Positions 1-9,504 of a stretch of 64,000 nt of DNA are shown one piece after another (position 1 is the first letter of the stretch; each line of letters begins with the position of its first letter). The notes under the pieces were generated by a model. It saw only the letters and a program-made list of their open reading frames with translations. It was not told the origin of the DNA and searched no databases. The position numbers and the translations under genes are program-made. Source of the DNA: a virus; IMG/VR virus record IMGVR_UViG_3300047444_000617, positions 32,001-96,000 of that record; one strand, given 5' to 3'.

Positions 1-297
1 GTATGGCTGCTCCCACTCCTCCTCGTTGTAGCGGTGGTTGACCGACCGGGCGTTCTCGGCCCACAGCATCGCGCCGACCCAGCCGGTGTTCTTGTCGGTC
101 AACTCCCGGCGCAGCTCGCCGTAGACGGACATCGCTCCCGGACCCCATGCCTCACCCGGGCGGTAGGCGACGTCCTTCTCCTCATCCGTCAGCGGACGGA
201 CGAACCAGCGCAGCTTGCTGTCCAAGCGGCTGGTGAGCGACAACCCGGCATTTACCAGGAAGTGGATGTGCGCCTCGTCGACAACGTAGGCAGACAC
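1..297 (-). CDS. Hypothetical phage protein (3' end outside the window)
   Basis: Translated by hand from GTG at 297 (GAGGGG RBS): MSAYVVDEAHIHFLVNAGL...GAMLWAENARSVNHRYNEEEW; open to position 1. Confidence 0.7.
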   Translation of the reverse strand, partial: MSAYVVDEAHIHFLVNAGLSLTSRLDSKLRWFVRPLTDEEKDVAYRPGEAWGPGAMSVYGELRRELTDKNTGWVGAMLWAENARSVNHRYNEEEWEQPY

Positions 298-317
298 ATA
301 ACCCCTCGCACTTTCTG

Positions 318-476
318 TCAGTTGATCTTGTCGGCGCACCGCGCGCCATTCGGGCATTCCTTGCGCGGGAAGCCATCCCCGCAGAGGTTCGGGTCGATAC
401 CGATACCGGCGCCCAGGTCGCCGACCTCCAGTGGGCCCTCGTCGTGTGCCCCTCGGTCGACCGCGTTCTCGTACAT
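318..476 (-). CDS. Small Cys-containing hypothetical protein (52 aa)
   Basis: TGATG coupling with upstream gene; MYENAVDRG...CGDGFPRKECPNGARCADKIN. Confidence 0.5.
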   Translation of the reverse strand: MYENAVDRGAHDEGPLEVGDLGAGIGIDPNLCGDGFPRKECPNGARCADKIN

Positions 477-733
477 CAGCCAGTCGCCTTCTCCAGGCGC
501 TCCCAGACGGGGCCCCAGGCGGTGAGACTGACCTCCTGCATCGCCGACTCCTTCAGGACGAAGTCCGAGTGCAGGAGGCAGTTCTCCAGGACGCCGTCGG
601 AGGTCCGGACGTCTCCCCGCCAGTTGCCGGTGGGCGCCTGCGTCAGCGTGAGGATGATCCCCGGCACCAGGCTGTGGCCGTTGGGCATGATCGCGATCCG
701 GTCCCCGACCTTGTGCGGCGACTTGTTCGCCAT
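476..733 (-). CDS. Hypothetical protein
   Basis: ATG at 733 with GGGGAGG RBS, directly downstream of a sigma70-type promoter. Confidence 0.65.
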   Translation of the reverse strand: MANKSPHKVGDRIAIMPNGHSLVPGIILTLTQAPTGNWRGDVRTSDGVLENCLLHSDFVLKESAMQEVSLTAWGPVWERLEKATG

Positions 734-774
734 TTCAGCCTCCCCATTCAGTGTTACCGCTTCGAACAAGTAAG

Positions 775-803
775 ACTCTATGGGTAGCAACTACTTATGT
801 CAA
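775..803 (-). promoter_or_regulatory. HrdB/sigma70-type promoter TTGACA-N17-TAGAGT
   Basis: Exact hexamers and spacing read on minus strand, intergenic. Confidence 0.8.
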
Positions 804-891
804 GCACCTAGTTGAGATGACTAGCTTGGACTGGGGCATGAAGATGCCCCCCACCAGAAACTGCAGGTGAGGGGCTTGTAGGTGTGGACAA

Positions 892-1074
892 TCAGGCGCT
901 ACGACGGATCCTCCGAGCACCTTCGTCGGAGAGCATCACGGTGTCGGCCGCGCCCCCTCCGTACGCGAGGATCACCTTCTCCTCGCCCAGCTCCCCGCAC
1001 GCGGCGTCCAGCAGCACACGCACGGCGTCCGTCGGCTTGTTGACCTCGACGGCCAGGTCCTGCAGAGAAATCAT
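892..1074 (-). CDS. Hypothetical protein (possible small DNA-binding protein)
   Basis: AAGGAG RBS, 60 aa ORF in gene run. Confidence 0.6.
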   Translation of the reverse strand: MISLQDLAVEVNKPTDAVRVLLDAACGELGEEKVILAYGGGAADTVMLSDEGARRIRRSA

Positions 1075-1092
1075 GTCAGTGCTCCTTCGTTG

Positions 1093-1413
1093 TCAGGCGG
1101 GGACTCTCGTGATGGTGACGCGAGGCTGGCCGACCTTGTACGCCACCTCGCAGGTGTATCCGCGTGTCTGCAGGACGGACTGGATCCCCTCCAGCCGCTC
1201 CATGCGCAGATGGTGGTCGTCTATGTCCCGCTGCACACCGGCCTCAGCGTTCTCGCGGTCGTCCGGACGACCCCACATAATCGCGGCCTCGCCGAGCCCC
1301 TGGAACAGGAAGACCTTCCATCCTGCCAGCCCGCTGCCAGTCGGCGAGAACGGGTACCCCTCCGGCTCCAGGACGGCCGCCAGCCGGGCCTCCAGGTCCT
1401 GCTGCTCGATCAC
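1093..1413 (-). CDS. Hypothetical protein
   Basis: GGAGG RBS, tight packing. Confidence 0.65.
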   Translation of the reverse strand: MIEQQDLEARLAAVLEPEGYPFSPTGSGLAGWKVFLFQGLGEAAIMWGRPDDRENAEAGVQRDIDDHHLRMERLEGIQSVLQTRGYTCEVAYKVGQPRVTITRVPA

Positions 1414-1414
1414 G

Positions 1415-1870
1415 TCAGTCCTCCCTCGCGGCCTGCTCGGCCGCCTTCGCGCGGATCCGTGCCAGACCCTCCTGGGGGTCGTAGTCCTTGAACTGGTCAG
1501 GCATCCGCACCGTCGTCAGCAGCGCGTCCACCGCCGCCAACCCGAACAACTGCCAGGGGACATCCCGGTTCAGTACCTCAGCCAGCCAGTCCGGGCCCTC
1601 GAAGTCCTCGTCGTTGACCGGGCCGCTGTACAGGCGCTCAGCCCACCGCGTGCCCAACCTGTCGTCCTTGCGGTACAGGCGCCCCTTCACGGAGAACGTG
1701 TCCACCACCCACTCGGCATCCACGCGGTTCACGTGTACCCACACCTGCTCGGGGAGGATCTCCTGCGCGAGGTTGATACGCAGGCGCTCGCCCTCCTCCG
1801 GTTGCAGAGGGAGCCACATGCGGACTGTGCCCTCGACCTGGAAATCGCCGTCCGTCTTCAGCCGTGCCAT
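1415..1870 (-). CDS. Hypothetical protein
   Basis: ORF in tightly packed minus-strand run. Confidence 0.7.
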   Translation of the reverse strand: MARLKTDGDFQVEGTVRMWLPLQPEEGERLRINLAQEILPEQVWVHVNRVDAEWVVDTFSVKGRLYRKDDRLGTRWAERLYSGPVNDEDFEGPDWLAEVLNRDVPWQLFGLAAVDALLTTVRMPDQFKDYDPQEGLARIRAKAAEQAARED

Positions 1871-1873
1871 GAC

Positions 1874-2485
1874 CTAACCCTCCACTCCGGCCAGCTTCTC
1901 CAGCCGCGCTACGCGAGCCTCCAGGGACATGTCCGCCTTCTTCGGCGGCTCAGGCAGGACCCATCCGTTGGCGCGGTCGGCCCACTCCTGGCAGATGTCC
2001 AACAACCACTCCGGGGCGGCGTTGACCTCGTTCATCATGTCCGAGAACAGGGTGGAGTACTCACGGGTCGTGGTTACCTTCCCGTCCTTGACCTTCGGAC
2101 CCCACACAGCAGCGCTCGACACGCACCAGACGCCTGCCCTGTTGGGCGTGAGGTCGATCGTCACGGACTTCGGACGCACCATCGGATACCCCCGGGCCTG
2201 GGCGTCCGGAGCAGGGTCGACCAACTCGACAGGGATCTGCCACCGAGCGTTCCCGGAGACCCGATACCTGATACCGCCGGGTGACACAGGAGCCTCCTGC
2301 GTGCCCAGCTCCCACCCCTTATCCGTAAGTTGGTAGGCGACTTCATCGACCTCCTGGTACGCGATGCCCGCCTCGACGAGCCGCGCCAACACGGCCTCTG
2401 GTACGCCATGGAAGAACCCCCACGACGTTCGAACCGCGCTCCCGAACGCCTCACGCATCTCTGCGTCCATCTCGACAGCCATCAA
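1874..2485 (-). CDS. Hypothetical protein
   Basis: GGGGAGG RBS, high-GC codon usage. Confidence 0.7.
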   Translation of the reverse strand: MMAVEMDAEMREAFGSAVRTSWGFFHGVPEAVLARLVEAGIAYQEVDEVAYQLTDKGWELGTQEAPVSPGGIRYRVSGNARWQIPVELVDPAPDAQARGYPMVRPKSVTIDLTPNRAGVWCVSSAAVWGPKVKDGKVTTTREYSTLFSDMMNEVNAAPEWLLDICQEWADRANGWVLPEPPKKADMSLEARVARLEKLAGVEG

Positions 2486-2519
2486 AGCCTCCCCGCCGTA
2501 GTTAAATCGCAGAAATTGG

Positions 2520-3005
2520 CTAGTGCTCCGCAGGTACCTCGCGCTGGCACCAGCCGCGTACGGCCTCGACGTCGCTCACGCACGAGAGCAGGTTCAGCGA
2601 CAGCGGGGTCCACGCGAACACCGCATCCTGCTCGAAGCGACGGCCGATCTCCACCGCCTTCGCGTCGCTCAGCCCGACCACGGCGACGCTGCGCTCGCTG
2701 TGCGTCCCGTCGGGATCTCCTCCGACAGCGGGGAACGTGAGGTCGACGTTCAGCAGCCGCAGTTCCCGGAGCAGCGCGCGGTGGGTGCGTTCGTTGTCCT
2801 CGTCCGACGCCGGTCGTCCGTAGGGGTTCGCGGCCGTGATCACGTGGATGGTCCGGCCGGAAGGCTCCGGGAAGTCGCCGCTCACCTGACCGACCTCGTC
2901 GGGGAGCACCCGAAGGGTGCGCCCGCCCATCTGGATGTCGACGGCGGCCTGCAGGTATGCGCCCCACTGATCCGGGACGGGACTATCACTCACGCCAAAC
3001 CCCAT
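2520..3005 (-). CDS. DUF3293-family protein
   Basis: Motifs ITAANP...N...E.S...G.RF.QDAVF typical of DUF3293; start uncertain (3005 or 2993). Confidence 0.7.
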   Translation of the reverse strand: MGFGVSDSPVPDQWGAYLQAAVDIQMGGRTLRVLPDEVGQVSGDFPEPSGRTIHVITAANPYGRPASDEDNERTHRALLRELRLLNVDLTFPAVGGDPDGTHSERSVAVVGLSDAKAVEIGRRFEQDAVFAWTPLSLNLLSCVSDVEAVRGWCQREVPAEH

Positions 3006-3021
3006 TATTGGTGAACTGTCC

Positions 3022-3216
3022 CTACAGGATACGCGGCTCGACCCGCTCCACCCTCGGGAAATGCATCGGCGGATGCCACACGACCAGGCGGCCCGATACT
3101 GGCAACACCGGTGCGCGCTCCGCGCTTCCCCCGCCGTACAACTCGCGGAAGTAATCGGCCTTGGCCATCCGGCGCAGCACCTTGTCTTCGACCTCGCGGT
3201 AGTCAATCTCCATCAC
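3022..3216 (-). CDS. Hypothetical protein
   Basis: GTGA overlap with upstream stop. Confidence 0.5.
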   Translation of the reverse strand: MMEIDYREVEDKVLRRMAKADYFRELYGGGSAERAPVLPVSGRLVVWHPPMHFPRVERVEPRIL

Positions 3217-3611
3217 GTCATCACCTTCTCGAAGTGCCACCACATGTCGTTGTAGTAGATCTGTACGCCCTTGAAGCGGTCGCGGTGGTACACGCCCCAG
3301 TCCATGAACGGGTCCACATGCTCCATGTGCGATTGGCCGATCTCGTCGGCTAGCTGGTCGCGGCAGACCCCGAAGAGGCTGCTGTACGCCGACCCCTTGA
3401 AGTTGTCCAGCGCCCGCTCGAACTCGGCGGCCGACCACGCTCGATCGGCGTTGTTCTCGAACTCCAGGTACGAGCAGAGCACGAGCGCGAAACCCTCCGT
3501 CTCACGCTCGCTCTTCTCCAGGGCCGTCCGCCATTGCGGGTCGTCAATGCCGAGCAGGCCGTTGTAGGCCAGCCGGATCTGCGCGGGCGTGTAGTTCACC
3601 GAGTCGATCAT
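3213..3611 (-). CDS. Possible ArdA-like antirestriction protein (remote)
   Basis: ATGA coupling; C-terminal F..AY.S...D....E..FMDW..Y.RD.F resembles the ArdA C-terminal pattern. Confidence 0.4.
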   Translation of the reverse strand: MIDSVNYTPAQIRLAYNGLLGIDDPQWRTALEKSERETEGFALVLCSYLEFENNADRAWSAAEFERALDNFKGSAYSSLFGVCRDQLADEIGQSHMEHVDPFMDWGVYHRDRFKGVQIYYNDMWWHFEKVMT

Positions 3612-3910
3612 CCCTGCTCCCACGGCTCCTCGATCCCCAGCGTGCGCATCAGTTCGTCGCTCTCGGCTTTCGCTTTCACCGGGTCCGCCTCGTCCTCACG
3701 GAGCAATTCCAGGTACCCGGCGGCGTCCTCGTCACCGGCCTCCGCCGCGCGCTCCCACCATGGCTGCGCCTTCTCCACTGTGTACAGCAGCTCGGTGAGT
3801 TCGGCGATCGTCCGCAGTTGGGCAGGATCGTACGGTTCCCCCTGCTCCAGCAGCGCGGTGAGCGCGCTCCGCGCGTCCTCCTGGTTCTCGCTCACCCCTG
3901 GGTTCTCCAT
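3608..3910 (-). CDS. Acidic hypothetical protein
   Basis: E/D-rich 100 aa ORF in coupled run. Confidence 0.6.
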   Translation of the reverse strand: MENPGVSENQEDARSALTALLEQGEPYDPAQLRTIAELTELLYTVEKAQPWWERAAEAGDEDAAGYLELLREDEADPVKAKAESDELMRTLGIEEPWEQG

Positions 3911-4131
3911 TTCCGGATCTCGCGCTTGATCTTCTTGATTGCCGGGGAGCCCAGGTCCTCACCCATGTCGATGCCCCGGCCGTCGTCCAGGACCCGCTTC
4001 TCCAGGCGGTCCCAGACGTCCTCCCAGTCGATCGGGCCGTCGTCATACCAACCCCCAACGATGTCCTGCACAGCCTCCAGCACCTCGTCGGTGACGTCCT
4101 CCGCCTCAACGATCCGATGGTCCTCGCTCAC
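3892..4131 (-). CDS. Acidic hypothetical protein
   Basis: GTGA coupling at 4128-4131; VSEDHRIVEAEDV... Confidence 0.65.
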   Translation of the reverse strand: MSEDHRIVEAEDVTDEVLEAVQDIVGGWYDDGPIDWEDVWDRLEKRVLDDGRGIDMGEDLGSPAIKKIKREIRKWRTQG

Positions 4132-4511
4132 TTGATCTCCCCGCGCACGGCCCGCTCCATCACGTCGAGCAGGGCCTCCAGAACCGCGATCGGCTTCTTG
4201 CCCCCGCGCCACGCCTCGATACCGTGCAGCCGCAAAGCCGCCTCCAGTCCTTCCCGTGACTGCTCGGCCGCCCAGTCCTCCGGCTTCCACAGTTCGGAGT
4301 GGCCGTAGTTGTCGTTGAAGACGCCGCTCTCGATCCGGTAGGCGTCCGTACCACGCGACGGGATCTCCTCCCACCGCAGGATATGAACCAGCGTGCGGCC
4401 GACCTTGTGCACCTTCACCGTGCGGGGCTCCTGCTCCTTCTCGCGCCTGCCCCCGTACTTCGTGACGAGCAGCAGCTCGTCGCCCGCTTTCACGCCGTCC
4501 AGATTGCCCAT
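4128..4511 (-). CDS. Hypothetical protein
   Basis: ORF in coupled run, GGAG RBS. Confidence 0.65.
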   Translation of the reverse strand: MGNLDGVKAGDELLLVTKYGGRREKEQEPRTVKVHKVGRTLVHILRWEEIPSRGTDAYRIESGVFNDNYGHSELWKPEDWAAEQSREGLEAALRLHGIEAWRGGKKPIAVLEALLDVMERAVRGEIK

Positions 4512-4512
4512 C

Positions 4513-4713
4513 TCAGTACTCCAGACTCTTGAAGGTGTTCAGCGTCGCGGCCACGCTGTCGGCGGTGGCTACGTCCTTGTACGTGGTCACCATTTGCGCG
4601 CCGCTCTTCCCCCGGTAGCGGTGCTCCCTTATCACCGCATAGATCGGCTTGCCGTCGTCCCCGACGCGCGACTCGACCGTGTACCCGGTGGTGATCCTCT
4701 TGTCGACCGGCAC
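4513..4713 (-). CDS. Hypothetical protein
   Basis: GTG at 4713 after GGGGAG; VPVDKRITTGY... Confidence 0.55.
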   Translation of the reverse strand: MPVDKRITTGYTVESRVGDDGKPIYAVIREHRYRGKSGAQMVTTYKDVATADSVAATLNTFKSLEY

Positions 4714-4715
4714 TG

Positions 4716-4928
4716 CTAGCGCTCCCCGTCGTCCAGGACCGTCTGGCCGTCGAGGCTGGTCACGATCCAGGCCGTACCCGGCCGACTGGCCCATCCGCCA
4801 GTCACCCACTTCTGCTTCGCCTTCGACCAGCGTGCCTCGACCGCGATGCCACGCAGTTCCTTGGCCCGCTTCCTCGCCTCGCCCTGCTCCATGCCCTTAG
4901 CCATGACCAGCTCCTCCGCCGTCCTCAA
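4716..4928 (-). CDS. Hypothetical protein
   Basis: First ORF after promoter at 4939-4967; start TTG 4928 or an internal ATG. Confidence 0.55.
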   Translation of the reverse strand: MRTAEELVMAKGMEQGEARKRAKELRGIAVEARWSKAKQKWVTGGWASRPGTAWIVTSLDGQTVLDDGER

Positions 4929-4938
4929 TTACGAGATA

Positions 4939-4967
4939 ACCGTATCGTGGTTACCCATACTCGTCAA
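4939..4967 (-). promoter_or_regulatory. Sigma70-type promoter TTGACG-N17-TACGGT
   Basis: Hexamers and spacing read directly. Confidence 0.65.
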
Positions 4968-4969
4968 GC

Positions 4970-5950
4970 GATTCATGAGCACCACTTGCACAGGCTCGCG
5001 AGCCCTGCCTGCCCCCAGGTTACGCACTCCCCCAACCCCCCGATCCCCCAATTCCCCGAATCCCCCGGCCACTGTGACACTGTCCGGTTCCTACAACCGG
5101 TGCGCTGCGCGGCTGTCCAGGCCCCTATTCTCTGGCAATTCGCATTTAAGGGTCGGGGGGTCCGTATATTTATTCATTGGGCTTACACTATTGACAGACC
5201 ACATGTCAACCCCTCTAGCCCTTGACTTTCAAGCCGCGCACTTCCCATCGGTATCTGCACCCTTGATCTGCGTGTGAGCTGCACCACACTGAGCAGCGAT
5301 GCACACCGGGCGCTCCCTGTCAACACTATGCACGCATGAATATTATGCAGCCAATTCGCCTTTATTCACGGTTAGGCCACTGCCCAATTCGCCTAATTGA
5401 AAGCCTGACAATAGGCCCCGGACTTTGGTGATGTTGCACGCTTTGTAGCAACTCGACAGATGGTGGCCGATCAATTCGCAGTATTGACATGAGGGTGAGT
5501 GTGTGCAGTCGCATGGCTGGCGTGCCCGTGGCAGTGGTGTGTCTGTCTGTGTAGTGGCTAGCAGTGGGGAGCCTTCCCCCGGCCCGAAATGGTGACCAGG
5601 GTGGGAGGCTGGATGCATGGGTGTGGGCATGTCGTGGGGCGCGCTAGGGCACGGGCAGGGGTGGGCAGAGTTCGCGTCCGTGGATGAGTGTGCGCGTGCC
5701 CTATGTGCCTCCGTACGGCGTGCGTATCGCCGGATGGATCCCTCGCAGCGAGGCTGTCTTCTCAAGTACTCCGCTCACGTGCTGCGGGTGGACATGTGCA
5801 CGGAGGGACTGCACGCGGTGAGCCGTGGCCAGGTGTGGCACGCACGCCACGGGACGGCATGGGTGTCTCTGTATCCCCGTGGGGGAGGCAAACACGAGAA
5901 AGCCCCTCACCGGCCCGAGAATGGGCGGTGAGAGGCTTTGTAGGGGAGTG
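4970..5950. other. Approximately 1-kb non-coding region (candidate genome terminus / packaging or regulatory region)
   Basis: No credible ORF, locally AT-richer, CAATTCGC x4, inverted TTGACA/TGTCAA pair at 5191-5209. Confidence 0.5.
5898..5939 (-). terminator. Intrinsic terminator-like hairpin
   Basis: AAAGCCCCTCACCG...CGGTGAGAGGCTTT immediately downstream of ORF ending at 5957. Confidence 0.6.
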
Positions 5951-5956
5951 CTGGCG

Positions 5957-6445
5957 TTACCGGACGTCTACGGGGTGCGCGGCGTTGTACGCGTCGCGTA
6001 GGGCCTTGAACGCGGCCCACACTTCGTGCCCGTTGGTCTGCGGGCCGATCCCGTGGCCGAAGCTGGCGGAGTTCGCCACGGTGCACAGGAACGACTCCCC
6101 GCGTCCGTGTGCCCGGTGCGCTTCCATATCGGCCGCGCTGATCACGTAGCCGCAGGATCCCCGGTCGCCCGGAAGCGACTCCCGGCACTCCCATGAGGTG
6201 ATTTCGTCGTTCTCCACCACCGGCCGGAGAACGGTGGACGTCGTCCACGTGTGGGCAGGGTCAAGGCCGTTCGCCTCACACTGCGCGGCCGAGTAGCTGT
6301 GTCGGTGCGCGTGCAGTCCGGCGGAAGGCTGCACGCCGCAACGGTCGCAGGTGGAGAAGTACCCGGGGGTGGGCGGCTCACTGTCGTACGTGCACTCACG
6401 GGTGCAACCGGTGTTGACGCACTGCGGGGCGGTGGTGGTGATCAT
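5957..6445 (-). CDS. Cys-rich hypothetical protein
   Basis: ATG 6445 preceded by the CCCCACACCAGGAGG element; several Cys pairs. Confidence 0.65.
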   Translation of the reverse strand: MITTTAPQCVNTGCTRECTYDSEPPTPGYFSTCDRCGVQPSAGLHAHRHSYSAAQCEANGLDPAHTWTTSTVLRPVVENDEITSWECRESLPGDRGSCGYVISAADMEAHRAHGRGESFLCTVANSASFGHGIGPQTNGHEVWAAFKALRDAYNAAHPVDVR

Positions 6446-6492
6446 GTTCTGTGTCCTCCTGGTGTGGGGTCGGTTGTTGGGGAGTGTACGGG

Positions 6493-6756
6493 TCAGTTGG
6501 CGGTGGAGTCGTACAGGGAGCATCCGGGGGCGTGGTGCTTGTTGGCCAGGCTGCCCCCGTCGACACCCGGGATATCCTCCCCGCATTCCTCGCACGTGTC
6601 GTCGTCGTCGGGGCGGAAATCGTCGGCAATGGTTGCGACCACTTCCGGCATGGTCGAGTGGGGCAGGGATTCCGCGATACGCGCGACCTGCTCATCGGTC
6701 AGGGTGAAACCGGCCCACGCGTTGAGTTGATTGCGGGTGATCATGATTCCGGACAC
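6493..6756 (-). CDS. Hypothetical protein with C-terminal CxxC...H...C zinc motif
   Basis: AGGAGG RBS, GTG 6756; CEECGE...HHAPGC. Confidence 0.6.
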   Translation of the reverse strand: MSGIMITRNQLNAWAGFTLTDEQVARIAESLPHSTMPEVVATIADDFRPDDDDTCEECGEDIPGVDGGSLANKHHAPGCSLYDSTAN

Positions 6757-6781
6757 GGGTACCTCCTGATGGGTTGGTTGG

Positions 6782-7111
6782 TCAGCCGATGCGGAGCACA
6801 AGCGCACGGACGGCGGAGACGTCGTCCAGGGTGGGCACGGGCGTACCGGGCACGGCGGTGCAGTAGGCGACTACGGCGAGTTGAACGGTGGTGCTCACGC
6901 TGCGGGGGTTCTCCCCGGCGCGCAGCCATGCGGACTTGAGAGCGTCGCGCGCCTTAGCGGCCCGCATGGCGTGCGCCTCCTCCTCGGTCATGCCGTAGCA
7001 GTAGACGTGACCGCTACGGGACGACCACACGTGCTCTGCGTGCGCGTACGAGGGACCGGAGAAGAAACAGCCGAGCTTAGGCAGGGTCTGCGCGGGGGTG
7101 CTTGTGATCAT
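6782..7111 (-). CDS. Hypothetical protein
   Basis: GGAAGGA RBS. Confidence 0.6.
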   Translation of the reverse strand: MITSTPAQTLPKLGCFFSGPSYAHAEHVWSSRSGHVYCYGMTEEEAHAMRAAKARDALKSAWLRAGENPRSVSTTVQLAVVAYCTAVPGTPVPTLDDVSAVRALVLRIG

Positions 7112-7174
7112 GGTGTGTGTCCTTCCTGGGGAAGGGGCCGGAGGACGCTCCCCCGGCCCCGGGGTGTGCGAGCG

Positions 7175-7921
7175 TCAGACGGCGAGACCCTGCGCGGTGT
7201 GGAACTTCGCGGCCTGCTTGAACGCGGCGCGGAAGGTGGCGAGGGACGTGGGGGCGACCGTGCGGAAGTCGCGCGCCCAGTGGGGAAGGATGGCGACCTT
7301 CTGATCCTGGAACACTCCACCGGCCGCGATCATCGCGTGATTCTGGCCGCGAGTCTCAGTGGCCAGCGCCTTACGGGCCAGCGGGGAGAACATGCCGGAG
7401 TGCTTGCGGTACGCCGCTTCCTCCCCGTGGCGGTCGACACCGCGACCGGTGCCCGCGTGACCGAAGATGTCGTGCGCGGCGCGGAACATGTCGTTGACGT
7501 CGTCGGAGAAGAAGAAGTGAGACCCGGTCGCGGCGGTCGACATCACGCGCATACGGCCGTTGGCGACGTCGTCGAAGAACAGCCGGGTTCCGCCGGGGGC
7601 GGTGGTGTCGTACGGGTCGGTGTCCTCAACCGAGACCGTGATGCCGAGACCGCCGCGCGACATGGGGGCGGTGATCAGGTCGAACTGACGCTTGGTCTCT
7701 TCCGCCATCGCGCGCCATGCGGCGGGGGCGTTGTTGTCGATGAACGGCAGCGCCATGTACGCCGCGCCGATCTTGGCCACCGCTTCCGGGGCGACGATCA
7801 CGCGGGAGTAGTCCCAGTGGTCACGGGTGTTGAGACCGTTCTGCGCGTTGTAGCGGCGGGCGCCTTCCACCACGGCGGGGACGGGAGAGACGGACAGTGC
7901 GGGGATGTTGGCGGTACGCAT
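7175..7921 (-). CDS. Conserved phage protein with NDMFRAxHDxxGH...GEE...ETRGQN motif (possible zincin-like metal-binding enzyme)
   Basis: Conserved-looking motif series; start-associated element upstream. Confidence 0.7.
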   Translation of the reverse strand: MRTANIPALSVSPVPAVVEGARRYNAQNGLNTRDHWDYSRVIVAPEAVAKIGAAYMALPFIDNNAPAAWRAMAEETKRQFDLITAPMSRGGLGITVSVEDTDPYDTTAPGGTRLFFDDVANGRMRVMSTAATGSHFFFSDDVNDMFRAAHDIFGHAGTGRGVDRHGEEAAYRKHSGMFSPLARKALATETRGQNHAMIAAGGVFQDQKVAILPHWARDFRTVAPTSLATFRAAFKQAAKFHTAQGLAV

Positions 7922-8045
7922 TTCGGGGGCCTCCTGGTGTGGGGCGCTGGTGTGCTGACAGAGAGAACATTACCCGTGTGGGTAACGGTGAAACGGTAAC
8001 CCCGATATATTTTACCGAGATTTGGTGAGCGGCTGTACGGGTGGC

Positions 8046-9026
8046 CTAGCGGGCCAGCACGGCGCGTAGGGCGTCCGCGTAGGTGGTGGGGTGCAGGATG
8101 TCCCCCGCACCCGTGCGGACGTTGTAGAAGCGCGCGGAGTGCCATTCCTCGCCCTTGGGGAAGTCGATGCCGAACGCGCGACTGTCGCTCACGCGGACCA
8201 GTAGCACGCCCCACTCGTTCGGGTGGTCGTACGTGATCGCGTCGGACGCACGGACGTCGTACCCCTCCCCGTCAATGGCCACGTGCGTGACCGTGCGCAC
8301 GTCGGTCCAGTTGCGGCCGGTCGTCTGAAAGTTCGACGGGCGGCGGTCGATGCGGATAACCTCCCCGGCGCCGGTCGTGTCGACGATGCCCCGGCAGTAC
8401 CGTTCGGCGTTCCCGTCCGTGTGAGCAAACTCCTTGTCGGAGTACGGTCCCCACACGTGCCCGGCGTGGTCGCGGTACGACCAAAGGGTGCGGTACTCAG
8501 CGGCCCACACGTACCCGATGGCGTACTGACGCACCCAGGTGTGTACGTCCCCGTTGCCCTGGATCCCGCCAGGCATGTCCCCGTCGTAAATCGTCTCGGT
8601 GCCGAGATACACGTAAAGGTCCCGTCCACCGTTCGCCACGACAGCAGAGACGCGGCGGCCGTCCAGCCAAAGCGGGGAAGCCTCACGCCACGTGCGGGCA
8701 TGCTCCGCACTCGGGTAGTACGTGCCATCGGTCGGGCGGTTCTCCTCCCCCGCGTTGGCGACGTAGTAGGCAACGGTGTCCAGGGGAACAAGCTCCCCGC
8801 CGTGCGTGAGCGTCACGGCCACCAGCTCCCCCGCGCGGGTCAGCACGGTCTGCCCCTGGACCTCCTCGGCGACGCCGAGCCGTACCAGCACCGCGCACGT
8901 GTTGGCGCGGGCGTCGACCACGGACCGGCCGCGCAGAGCGTCTACGGGGGACAGCAGTTCCTCCCCGAACGGTGCGGCGTTGCGCAGCGCTTCGTACTGC
9001 GGGCGGGTGATCGTCTTGCTTGCCAT
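8046..9026 (-). CDS. Hypothetical protein (326 aa)
   Basis: GAGGGAG RBS, long ORF. Confidence 0.7.
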   Translation of the reverse strand: MASKTITRPQYEALRNAAPFGEELLSPVDALRGRSVVDARANTCAVLVRLGVAEEVQGQTVLTRAGELVAVTLTHGGELVPLDTVAYYVANAGEENRPTDGTYYPSAEHARTWREASPLWLDGRRVSAVVANGGRDLYVYLGTETIYDGDMPGGIQGNGDVHTWVRQYAIGYVWAAEYRTLWSYRDHAGHVWGPYSDKEFAHTDGNAERYCRGIVDTTGAGEVIRIDRRPSNFQTTGRNWTDVRTVTHVAIDGEGYDVRASDAITYDHPNEWGVLLVRVSDSRAFGIDFPKGEEWHSARFYNVRTGAGDILHPTTYADALRAVLAR

Positions 9027-9374
9027 GGTGTCTCCCTCGGTCGCCGTCCCCGCTGTCTTGCGGGCGGAGCCCTGAGCCTAGCGGCTGATTACCGTTTGGC
9101 AAGGGGTTTTCGCAGATGGCTTTCTGGACGTTACGCAATCGTGACGTGCGCCCCGGGGCCGGGCGTGGTTCCATGGCACACCTAGGCCCCCACCGGCCAG
9201 CAGCACTCGGCGGGGGCCTTAGTCATGTCCGGGGTCAATGGAGGGGAGGTGAGGGGGATGCAGGCGACACGCCAGCAGGCCAGACGGGGCGAACGCCGGG
9301 AAGGGGTAGGACAACCGGCGGGGACGACCGGCAGGGGGCAGGTGGCCAGAGGGTGCGGGAGGAGGGGAGATCCG

Positions 9375-9504
9375 CCCGCGCGCGAGGGAGTTGAGGCTGT
9401 TGCATCTCCCCGCGCGCGAGGGTTCAAAAATCCGACTGTGACGGCGGATAAAATCCGCTTCCGTCCTGGAGAAGAATCCGACTTCCGATCGGCCAGAAAA
9501 TCCG
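9375..9504. repeat. Direct repeats: CCCGCGCGCGAGGG x2 and phased AATCCG x4
   Basis: Copies at 9375 and 9409; AATCCG at 9429, 9452, 9475, 9499 (23/23/24 bp spacing). Confidence 0.65.

Noticed and set aside
4970-5950. tRNA genes or ORFs 5343-5765 / 5617-5931 in the non-coding island
   Set aside because: No cloverleaf/T-loop consensus seen; the ORFs have atypical composition and no RBS
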